Source: a virus (Duplodnaviria; Caudoviricetes). From it: DNA of 61,879 bases. Under the pieces are notes generated by a model. The model worked only from the letters and a program-made list of their open reading frames with translations. It had not been told where the DNA came from and ran no database searches. Location: positions 1-61,879 of the IMG/VR virus record IMGVR_UViG_3300020044_003173. One strand, given 5' to 3'. Made by a program: the position numbers and the translations under genes. This document shows, piece by piece, positions 18,755-26,737 of the stretch (its first letter is position 1; each line of letters opens with the position of its first letter).

Positions 18755-19036
18755 TTACACAGGGGTCTGTGTAAGTGCGTCCGCCAACCGCTCCGCCAGC
18801 ACCAGGGATAGCTCGGTATCCGCCAGAGCTATAAGTTCCTCGTTCTCTAGCATCCTGTAGTAGGAGCGGTCGCGGGTTGGTTTAGCTTCTTGTTTTTCTT
18901 CTCCTATGATCTTCATCCAGGCGTCGAGCGTGGCTTCTTGGGTGGCGGGTGTAGTCAGGTCCCACCATTCCTTCCAGGCTTTGCCCAGACCCTTGCGGGA
19001 TAGGATATCGTCTACGATTCTGGTAGCTGCGCTCAT
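18755..19036 (-). CDS. Hypothetical protein
   Basis: 93-aa ORF, co-oriented. Confidence 0.6.
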   Translation of the reverse strand: MSAATRIVDDILSRKGLGKAWKEWWDLTTPATQEATLDAWMKIIGEEKQEAKPTRDRSYYRMLENEELIALADTELSLVLAERLADALTQTPV

Positions 19037-19038
19037 GG

Positions 19039-19239
19039 TTAGTTCTTTCCGCCGACTAAAAGCCCCAGGCCAATAAGCCCGATGAGGGTGAGACAGACGA
19101 CCGTAACGGGCGTTACCCAGTAATTATGTTTGTTCCCCATCCAGGCCACCTCGCCCTGGAGTATGGGCAGGTGGGTGTTGGCGTTGGTCCCGGCCTTGAG
19201 CCGGGCGTACTCGTTGCGGTAGTTCGGTGCGTCGTTCAT
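19039..19239 (-). CDS. Small membrane protein
   Basis: ATGA overlap; C-terminal TM helix. Confidence 0.55.
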   Translation of the reverse strand: MNDAPNYRNEYARLKAGTNANTHLPILQGEVAWMGNKHNYWVTPVTVVCLTLIGLIGLGLLVGGKN

Positions 19240-19451
19240 TGTTTCCCCGCTAGGCCACAGGTGCCATGTTCGGTTGATAAGGGTCCGTCTGAGAAACTCC
19301 GGTGCCAGCGCCACGCCATGCAGTCGGAGGCGATGCAGAAACAGCCGATATCTACCTTTCCATCTGAGCGCCTATTGGCCGAGTAATCACCTTGATCGGC
19401 TGACGAACGTGCCGCCGGACACCACTTGGTCTTGGCTTCGTCTTCGGTCAT
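19236..19451 (-). CDS. Cys-rich small phage protein
   Basis: [12 protein letters not shown]...[11 protein letters not shown]...GTCGLAG. Confidence 0.7.
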   Translation of the reverse strand: MTEDEAKTKWCPAARSSADQGDYSANRRSDGKVDIGCFCIASDCMAWRWHRSFSDGPLSTEHGTCGLAGKQ

Positions 19452-19907
19452 TGGATATTTCCTTCTAAGTTAACGCCTATGGCTCCCTCAAGGTTGGCTC
19501 CCTCAAGGTTGGCTTCCCGAAGGTCGGCTCCCCCAAAGGTCGGCTCCCCGAAGGTCGGCTCCCCAAAGGTCGGCTCCCTCAAGGTTGGCTTCCCGAAGGT
19601 CGGCTCCCCCAAGGTCGGCTCCCCGAAGGTCGGCTCCCCAAAGGTCGGCTCCCCAAAGGTTGGCTCCCCGAAGGTCGGCTCCCCGAAGGTAGGCTCCCCG
19701 AAGGTTGGCTCCCCGAAGGTAGGCTCCCCGAAGGTCAGCTTCCCGAAGGTTGGCTCCCCGAAGGTCGGCTCCCCAAAGGTCGGCTTCCTTGAGGAATACC
19801 CCAGCTAGCTGCGCTCCGGGGAGTTGAGTGAAGAGGAGGTCAGCGCACCAAAGGGTGTCGCTTGGGTAGGTTAGGAGGGTTACGCCCTTGGCGTTCTTGA
19901 TATCCAT
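19448..19907 (-). CDS. Pentapeptide repeat protein with a +1 frameshift near its 3' end (stop at 19503 as assembled)
   Basis: A(D/N)L(R/W)G repeats encoded by 15-bp units; the units continue out of frame after a C5 run at 19530-19534. Confidence 0.85.
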
Positions 19908-19908
19908 C

Positions 19909-20094
19909 TTACTCTTCCTCGCAGAAATAGCAGGTGTCGGGGTTGTTGTTATTATTCTGTAGGTATCCACCGCATGATGTGCACGTAGGAGCCCTGTGAG
20001 GGGCAGGGGCGGTGCGGTGAGGCAGGGGCGTGGGGTGCAGGTCGATCTCTTCCAAGGTCCAGCCCAGCTTCGTATCCACAAAGAGCGTACGCAT
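19909..20094 (-). CDS. Small zinc-ribbon protein
   Basis: CTSCGG...CYFC; AGGAG SD. Confidence 0.6.
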   Translation of the reverse strand: MRTLFVDTKLGWTLEEIDLHPTPLPHRTAPAPHRAPTCTSCGGYLQNNNNNPDTCYFCEEE

Positions 20095-20105
20095 TTGGTT
20101 TTCTC

Positions 20106-20276
20106 CTAACGGTGAAAGAAGAGCAGCCACACGGCGGAGGCCGTGAGCACGCCGCAGTCTGTGGCATCGGGGGTTAATGTTATGTCGAGCCACACAGGCC
20201 GCCCTGCGGCGTAGGCGAGGGTAAAGGCTACCGACCCTAGAAACACGGCCGCCATGAAGTTCCAGAACAAGCGCAT
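20106..20276 (-). CDS. Small membrane protein
   Basis: GGAG SD; two hydrophobic segments. Confidence 0.55.
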   Translation of the reverse strand: MRLFWNFMAAVFLGSVAFTLAYAAGRPVWLDITLTPDATDCGVLTASAVWLLFFHR

Positions 20277-20332
20277 TTGGTTTTCTCCGTTTAGTTTTTC
20301 TAACAGGGTGTAACGGGGGTTACACCGTGCAC

Positions 20333-20668
20333 TTAGTCCCAGAGGTTGCCCAGGTGGGCAGCTACCCAATACATCGCGCGTTGGGCTTCGGTGTATAGCT
20401 CGTCTTCTTCGCCGGGGCGGTCTCCGCGCGTTTCAAAGTGGGTTGACCAAGCGAGCAGGGCTTGGCCGTGGGTGCGCAGGGCTTCTTCCCAGGCTTCGTA
20501 GGAGTGGCTGTACGGGTGCCCATGTGCATGGGCGCTAAGGAACACTAGGCGGGCTCCCAGCCACGCGCACAGGGATGTGTGGAGGCTTACACAGTCGCGG
20601 CCCACAGGGGTGCCCCAGGTGCGGCGGTAGCGCAGCTTGCGCTGGAGCTTCTTGAGCAGGGTCTTCAT
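20333..20668 (-). CDS. Hypothetical protein
   Basis: AAGGAG SD; ends HLGNLWD. Confidence 0.65.
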   Translation of the reverse strand: MKTLLKKLQRKLRYRRTWGTPVGRDCVSLHTSLCAWLGARLVFLSAHAHGHPYSHSYEAWEEALRTHGQALLAWSTHFETRGDRPGEEDELYTEAQRAMYWVAAHLGNLWD

Positions 20669-20700
20669 GGGTTTCTCCTTAGGCGCTCCGCGCCTGCTTC

Positions 20701-21033
20701 TTATGCCTTGATCCAGTGGTCGTGGTCTTTGTACTTGATGCTCTCGGAGCCGTCGTACTCATTGATGACGAACTCGGTGCCTTGGGGCACCCAGACGATG
20801 TGCAGGTTGCTCACGCCCCCCGTGTAGGGCGGGTCCTCAGGGGCGAAGATCGACGTAACGAGCGTTACGATCTCCTCATCCGTCTTGTTGGCTTCCACGG
20901 CCTCCACGATGCGCCTGTCGAACATCAGGATATTCGTTACGCCGGGTTCGTAATTCCAAGTGGACCAGCCCGCACCGTAGCCGGGGGAAATGAGCACGGC
21001 CACTTGGCCGTCGCGGATCAGCTTCTCAGTCAT
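20701..21033 (-). CDS. Conserved hypothetical phage protein
   Basis: VAVLISPGYGAGWSTWN...INEYDGSESI; AGGAG SD. Confidence 0.75.
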   Translation of the reverse strand: MTEKLIRDGQVAVLISPGYGAGWSTWNYEPGVTNILMFDRRIVEAVEANKTDEEIVTLVTSIFAPEDPPYTGGVSNLHIVWVPQGTEFVINEYDGSESIKYKDHDHWIKA

Positions 21034-21120
21034 TTTGTTTCTCCTGTAACAGCCGTTACGCCCTGCACGAGCGTGCAGGTCGGGCGCGTCCGCGCCGGGG
21101 TCGTTTTTAATCATTCGAGT

Positions 21121-21149
21121 AGTATAGCACTGATTGTTTACAGTGTCAA
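21121..21149 (-). promoter_or_regulatory. Sigma70-type early promoter
   Basis: TTGACA-17nt-TATACT; shares CTGTAAA and downstream ACTCGAAT with the 18720 promoter. Confidence 0.8.
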
Positions 21150-21493
21150 TAGGACATGCACAGGGGGTTGTGCATGTCGGGGGTGAATTTGGTTGTTGCT
21201 GCGGGTCGGGCTTGAGTACCGACTACCCCGTTAACCGATATTTGATCCGCGCCTGTTTTGGCCAATTGCAGCCATCTCGTGCGTCGGTCTGGCCCGTGTG
21301 CACACGGGGGGCACCACAGTCAGCGCACTTCCTTCAGTGCTGCCGCAGCAGGGGGTGTGTAACATATTTGGACGGGTAGGGAACTATCCAAAGTGCAATT
21401 CATCCGCAGGGTGTAACCGCCGTTACGGCCAAATTCAATTCACGTATGTAAATTGGAGGGCTGAATTTGAAAGTTTTACCCGGGTAGAATGGA

Positions 21494-21813
21494 ATGTAAT
21501 GATTGTAATGCTTTTTGGAGGGGCAAATTACGGTCGATTGGACAGTCAGAATGGGCAGTTCCCCTCGGGGAGAGGATGTTTTGGGGGGGTAATGTTAATT
21601 GTAATAGTCTTTTAGAGATATACTATGGGGATTTGGGATTTCTCTTGACACTCCTGCCACCTGCCGTGCCCCTAAATCCCTTACTAAAATCCGAAAAAAG
21701 CATTACACATAACATTATACAGAGTCAAACACAAAATACCTTTAACATTCCAGTGCTTACGAGCCTCGCCCCTGCAAAACCCGCGTAATGCTCGCCTCCA
21801 AAAAGCATTACAA
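21494..21813. repeat. Inverted-repeat / iteron-like region; candidate replication origin
   Basis: 30-bp imperfect inverted repeat 21503-21532 / 21784-21813 (19 bp identical) plus further TGTAAT..CTTTT copies. Confidence 0.5.
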
Positions 21814-22105
21814 ATGAATTCTGAAAAGATTACAAAGCTTGAAAAAGTGTCGAAATTCTCACATTGTGAGAAAATAGCGTGGTTTTTTGTGTCCCACGAG
21901 TGTACACCGGGGAGCAAGTCGAGGGACACAAATGGGGGGGTCTGTGGGACACCCAATATCCAGCCGAGGAACACAAATAGGGTATCCAGTACACGCAAAA
22001 ACCCCCTGTACACAACTCATTCTTCCTGTAACTTTTTAAGCCGCTTGTGCGGCGCCCGAAACTGGGATACCATGTGGCTACTAGGTGGTTCCTCAGGAGG
22101 TAACA

Positions 22106-22645
22106 GTGGTTACAAAGAATCGGATGCTCGTTTCCCCGCAAGTGGTGGAAGTTCTGAATAGTATCGCTACCGCAAATGAAATTACCGTCCCCGCAGCCCT
22201 GCGGATGCTGACCAAAGCCTATGCCCGGGGAGATTTCAGACTTAGCCTGGACGATCTTCCAATAGCCCCCAAACCCGGCGACCCTAATGCACCAATCCTA
22301 TTCGACGGTAAGCCAGGGCTTACCGTGCGCGACCCGCGCGACGTGGATTTGACCTACCTTTATCTTATGGTGCAGGACAGGATAGCCGCAGGGGCCCGGC
22401 ACGAGTACCACATCCTCCAGTGGCTTATAGAAATTCTAACAGCCAGCAAGGACAGGATACATTACAAGGACGAGCCCCCCCTGCCCGTCCTGACCCTGCC
22501 TGCCAGCGTGGACGAGTTCCGTCCCGCGCCTAAACCAGCCAAGCAGCGCGTGATCTATGAGGGCCTTGTTACCGGGTCCGGCAAACCCGAGCCCGATATG
22601 TACGATCCCGACTGGGTGGCTAGCCTGGGCGTCGTTGACGAGTAA
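22106..22645 (+). CDS. Putative regulator with an N-terminal ribbon-helix-helix-like region
   Basis: AGGAGG SD + GTG; NRMLVS-PQVVEVLNSIATAN-EITVPAALRMLTKAY beta-alpha-alpha pattern; only credible plus-strand gene seen in the early arm. Confidence 0.55.
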   Translation: MVTKNRMLVSPQVVEVLNSIATANEITVPAALRMLTKAYARGDFRLSLDDLPIAPKPGDPNAPILFDGKPGLTVRDPRDVDLTYLYLMVQDRIAAGARHEYHILQWLIEILTASKDRIHYKDEPPLPVLTLPASVDEFRPAPKPAKQRVIYEGLVTGSGKPEPDMYDPDWVASLGVVDE

Positions 22646-22660
22646 CGGCCGTTACGGGGT

Positions 22661-22832
22661 TTAGTGCCTTCATCCCCGCGTTACTGTCATCGGACCCGGT
22701 AACACGTCGTTACAGGGTGGGGATCGGGGGAGGTACTAGGTGGGGTATAAGGTGCATTTCATGCGGTGGGTAGCTGGATGAAAGCGCTTTCATCCTTAGT
22801 GCCTTCATCCCCGCGTTACTGTCATCGGACCC
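22661..22832. repeat. Two 37-bp direct repeats (22661-22697, 22796-22832) with a 20-bp perfect palindrome at 22776-22795
   Basis: TTAGTGCCTTCATCCCCGCGTTACTGTCATCGGACCC twice; GGATGAAAGCGCTTTCATCC. Confidence 0.9.
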
Positions 22833-22879
22833 CTCGCCGTGACGGCGGGGGCACTTGCGTCGCGTTCGCAACCAGGGAC

Positions 22880-22910
22880 AAAAAAAGGGCCCCGACTTTC
22901 GCCGGGGCCC
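22880..22910 (-). terminator. Intrinsic terminator
   Basis: GGGCCCCGGC-GAAA-GTCGGGGCCC-TTTTTTT right after the 22917 stop. Confidence 0.85.
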
Positions 22911-22916
22911 GAGGTG

Positions 22917-23627
22917 TTACTTCACCAGTCTGGGATCGATATTGATCGTGATCATGAACGCTTGAAGGGCGGCGTAGATTTCCTCCTCGCGTTCATCCAG
23001 CGCGTCGTCGCCAGCGGCGACGTGCGCCGTCCGTCCCGCCTTATAGAGTTTGATAATCTCGTCCCTGACACGGACCTTAAAGGACCGGACCGTCTTAGGT
23101 TCCGGTTTGGGCGGCTCGGGAGGCGTCATACCGGCGTCAACTGCCGCTTGCCTAGTAGCGAGGAACGCCGCTTCCGCCGCCGCCTCACGTCCGTCCTGCT
23201 TTACGCGTGAGACGCGCATTTTCGCGCCTTTATAGTCGGGATTGCCAGCGACCTTGAACGCCGCCTCTAAGCCTTCCTTATATTCTTTATCCTCTTGTGC
23301 GACCGCCTTGCACAAGAGGGCCGACAAGGCGCCGGTATCCTTCGAAGTCACATCGTACCATGTGACATTCGTTCCGAACCACGGACGATCAGGGTGCGAG
23401 TAGTATGCCTCACGCGCGGCGGCGTATGCCTTGGAGGACATGACGCCGTCTATCGCACCCTTGATCGCCATGTTACGCGCGTCAACCACGTCCGCCTGCA
23501 TGACAGGCGCACCCGCCGCGATATCCGCTTGGCGCTCGGTGGAAGCGATAGCCGAAACCGCCTTGGCCGCTTCTTCTTGCGCCTTGCCAACCAGAACGAA
23601 GGCGGCGTTATTCGTACGCTTTGTCAT
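22917..23627 (-). CDS. Hypothetical early protein
   Basis: GGAG SD before MTKRTNN; followed by a terminator. Confidence 0.7.
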   Translation of the reverse strand: MTKRTNNAAFVLVGKAQEEAAKAVSAIASTERQADIAAGAPVMQADVVDARNMAIKGAIDGVMSSKAYAAAREAYYSHPDRPWFGTNVTWYDVTSKDTGALSALLCKAVAQEDKEYKEGLEAAFKVAGNPDYKGAKMRVSRVKQDGREAAAEAAFLATRQAAVDAGMTPPEPPKPEPKTVRSFKVRVRDEIIKLYKAGRTAHVAAGDDALDEREEEIYAALQAFMITINIDPRLVK

Positions 23628-24095
23628 AGTCTTAGTCTCCGGTGACGATCCCGTCACGTCCGCCCTACGCACAACGCATAGGACGGGCGACGCGGGACCG
23701 CCCCGGTCCGCTTCGTTAGGTGTTTTTTACAATGTCAAAGACCGTTCAACATTAAGGTCACGATCCATCGCCGTAGTCAATCGCAAGGCGTAACGGACCG
23801 TTACATGGTGGCTAAGGCGTTGTTTTTATTAGGGAATATGGCGACCCCACTAGGGGGGCACCCCCCAAGGCCAGGAAGGGACTCCGCCCCCGCGCTCTCC
23901 TTACTAATACGCTCAAAACCCCACACAATTTTCAGTTTTTACCCCGCGAGGCTCGTTTTTTGCTCTGCGGAGGGTCTTCTGCCGTGCGTAGAGTATTAGT
24001 TGTGTGGGGCTAGGTAGGCTCTATGCACGACAGAAGACCCCCCCACCCCCTATTTTTCCCCAGCTAGCCACCCCACCCCCGCCACTTAGCGAAAC

Positions 24096-24219
24096 CCCCC
24101 ACTAAGGTTCCCCGGGTATATTTATTTGACTTTGTATATTTCCCCCTTGGGGGTCCCCCACTAAGGTTCCCCGGGTATATTTATTTGACTTTGTATATTT
24201 CCCCCTTGGGGGTCCCCCA
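24096..24219. repeat. 59-bp tandem duplication (2.1 copies)
   Basis: CCCCCACTAAGGTTCCCCGGGTATATTTATTTGACTTTGTATATTTCCCCCTTGGGGGT x2. Confidence 0.92.
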
Positions 24220-24285
24220 TTGCCCCTGCAATTTTTTACTTGTATATGCATAAGTAAGGCTCTCTGTTTATGGGTGGATGCACCA

Positions 24286-24957
24286 ATGGCTACCGACAGA
24301 ATCTACGGGGACCTGCAATACGCAGGGGTTAAGGTCACTACGGCGGCTAAGTCGCAGATTAATTCAGACGGTACCGATGGATACGCGGTGCTTGTCGCGC
24401 CGCTTGGTGCTGACGGGGCTACTCCTGCATCTAGTGCTAACCCCGTGCCCGTCGTCGCTGCTCCCCCCACTAGCACAACCACCTCTGGACACACCTCTAC
24501 CGTCACCCAGACCCACGGTAACGATACCACCTCCTACGGTGCGATGGATGTGATCGGGGTTGATACGAACACCAGCGCGGTGGTCGAGTTTACTAACATG
24601 GGGATCGCCGGAACGGACGTGCTGATCTCGGCGCTCAAGTTCGAGATGGACATCAGCGCCGTGCCCTCCGGCATGACCACAATTCAACTGGCCCTCTACT
24701 CCGCCACTCCGCCTTCCGCCTACAAGGATAACGCCGCCTGGGACCTTCCATCCGGCGACCGTTCGGTCTTCCTCGGCCTGTACTCCTTCGGCGCACCCGC
24801 TGACCTAGGCAGCACCCTGTTCGTGCAGACGATGGGGCCGATTGACCAGATAACTTTGACCACCACCTCCTTGTTTGGCTACTTTATTACGACCACGGCC
24901 TACACGCCTGCGGCTTCGACCGTCCGCAAGGGCGCCCTCTGCACCTTGCAACTGTAA
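24286..24957 (+). CDS. Hypothetical, probably virion-associated beta-rich protein
   Basis: Thr/Ser/Ala-rich ORF at the start of the late arm. Confidence 0.65.
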   Translation: MATDRIYGDLQYAGVKVTTAAKSQINSDGTDGYAVLVAPLGADGATPASSANPVPVVAAPPTSTTTSGHTSTVTQTHGNDTTSYGAMDVIGVDTNTSAVVEFTNMGIAGTDVLISALKFEMDISAVPSGMTTIQLALYSATPPSAYKDNAAWDLPSGDRSVFLGLYSFGAPADLGSTLFVQTMGPIDQITLTTTSLFGYFITTTAYTPAASTVRKGALCTLQL

Positions 24958-24969
24958 GGGCCTCAGCGT

Positions 24970-25734
24970 ATGACCCCCGCGCAGCAACTGCTCCTGCTGA
25001 ACCGGCTCTGCCCCGAAGTTAAGGCCCTGCTCGCGGCTTATATCAGTGCGCCGTCGCAGACCTACATCAACGCCCTCAACAGAATGGTCGTGGGGTTGAA
25101 GGCGGCGGGTATCTGGTCCCGGCTGGATGTTTTTGCCGTCCACGCGACTAACACGGCCTATAACGGGTGCGTTAGCGCGTCCAACCCGACCAAAGTGTTC
25201 ACGCAGACCAATGCCCCGACCTTCACGGCGTACAAAGGCTTCACGGGCGACGGGGTTACCGCTCACCTCGATTACCCGAATAACCTCTCAACGCTTGTGA
25301 GCCAGGATGATACGACAATGTTCGTCTACTGCCTCACCAACGTCAGTGGCGGTACAAATGCTGGTGACATTGGCGGGGTGGGCAGCCAGGGCACGAGCCT
25401 GAACAGCCGTATCTCGGGCTCAATGGGTGTGCGCTCTAACGCTACGACGGCCGACCTCGTGGTTCTCCCGTCCGCCACGTCTATCGGCCTGTCCGCATGG
25501 TCGCGGGACAACTCCGCGAATTTCAGCCCCTACAAAGACGGCGTAGCGCTTGGGACTACGACGCAAGCGTCCACGGGCGTCTCATCCGGGAGGCTTGGTG
25601 TACTCCGACAAGCGGGCGGATACAGCTCTCGCCAAATCGCTATCTCCGGTGTGGGGCAGAGCTTGACCGCCTCGCAGCACGCCAGCCTCTACACGTTGAC
25701 CAACGCGTTCCTCACCGCCATCGGAGCCATCTGA
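24970..25734 (+). CDS. Hypothetical virion protein (possible LamG/ConA-like fold)
   Basis: LKAAGIWSRLD, GFTGDGVTAHLD, YKDGV pattern. Confidence 0.6.
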   Translation: MTPAQQLLLLNRLCPEVKALLAAYISAPSQTYINALNRMVVGLKAAGIWSRLDVFAVHATNTAYNGCVSASNPTKVFTQTNAPTFTAYKGFTGDGVTAHLDYPNNLSTLVSQDDTTMFVYCLTNVSGGTNAGDIGGVGSQGTSLNSRISGSMGVRSNATTADLVVLPSATSIGLSAWSRDNSANFSPYKDGVALGTTTQASTGVSSGRLGVLRQAGGYSSRQIAISGVGQSLTASQHASLYTLTNAFLTAIGAI

Positions 25735-25964
25735 TGAAGTTCTTCCTGTTGGACCAGACTCAAGTTGCGGCGGCGATCAATACCCCTCTGCCGAACAGAT
25801 ATTCCGTTGACCCAATTGAACTCCAGCGCGGAACCTATGCAGGCGGGTTCATCCTCCCCCTGCGGCTGCTGGATGATGCCGAATATGCTGGCTTGTGGCC
25901 GCTTCTTGCCACTCTACCGCAGATAGACATCCCTCCGTCCGATACTTGGGTGCCTGAGGAATAG
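25734..25964 (+). CDS. Hypothetical protein
   Basis: TGATG coupling; MKFFLLDQTQ. Confidence 0.6.
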   Translation: MKFFLLDQTQVAAAINTPLPNRYSVDPIELQRGTYAGGFILPLRLLDDAEYAGLWPLLATLPQIDIPPSDTWVPEE

Positions 25965-26116
25965 CGCCATGGTTGAGCCCGCTGAAGGCCCAGCCCTGCG
26001 CCAGAACGCTGAGGGGCCGGGGCGGTTCCCACCGCCTCCCGAAGAGGAATAGTAAGCAAAAATCGTACCTACTCCCCGCTCCGTCACAAACCACGTAGCC
26101 GAGAATTTTACCCCCG

Positions 26117-26737
26117 ATGACTGTTACCCGGATCGAGCCCACTAGAGAATACCCACCTCCCTACGATAACAGCGACGAGCGGTCTTCTACGCTTATTGAG
26201 GAATTAACCGTCGCCGCCAATACCGCAGAACTGCAACACGCCCTCGGGGCCCCCCTGGATACCGAACAGCTAGACCCTGCCCAAACCCAGAAGCTTTTCA
26301 ACGATGCGCTTCAGGGTAAGGAAAAGAGCCGGGAGGTCACTAATCATGCCATGGCTTACGCAGCGGCGGCCTTCTTGCGAACCTATGGGCAGAACGTCGC
26401 CTTCGATGCGATCCAGATACGCAATGCCATCACGACCAAACTCCTAGAACTTGCCAACTGCGGCGATACGAAGCACGAGCTACGGGCCCTGGAGCTTCTA
26501 GGTAAGCACAGCGACGTGGGGCTGTTCACCGAGCGGTCGGAAATCACTATTAACTACAAGACGCCCGAAGCCCTTGAGGAAGCCATCAAGGAGCGGGTCA
26601 AGCGCCTGCTCAACGCGGACGTGATCGATGTTACCCCCATTAGTATGGACTTGGACGAGGAGTTTGGGATCGCCAGACCCTTCGAAGACCGCGAACCCCC
26701 CCAAACTGCTTGGGACCTGTTGGAAGAAGACCTGTGA
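26117..26737 (+). CDS. terS: Putative terminase small subunit
   Basis: Directly upstream of TerL with GTGA overlap; LRALELLGK..DVGLFTER motif. Confidence 0.65.
   Translation: MTVTRIEPTREYPPPYDNSDERSSTLIEELTVAANTAELQHALGAPLDTEQLDPAQTQKLFNDALQGKEKSREVTNHAMAYAAAAFLRTYGQNVAFDAIQIRNAITTKLLELANCGDTKHELRALELLGKHSDVGLFTERSEITINYKTPEALEEAIKERVKRLLNADVIDVTPISMDLDEEFGIARPFEDREPPQTAWDLLEEDL

Noticed and set aside
19479-19808. KVGSP-repeat ORF on the plus strand
   Set aside because: Reverse complement of the pentapeptide repeats
21134-22161. Several 80-115-aa ORFs in the origin-like region
   Set aside because: Mutually overlapping, lacking SDs, with atypical composition
22661-22832. CRISPR array
   Set aside because: Only two repeats, a 98-bp spacer and no cas operon
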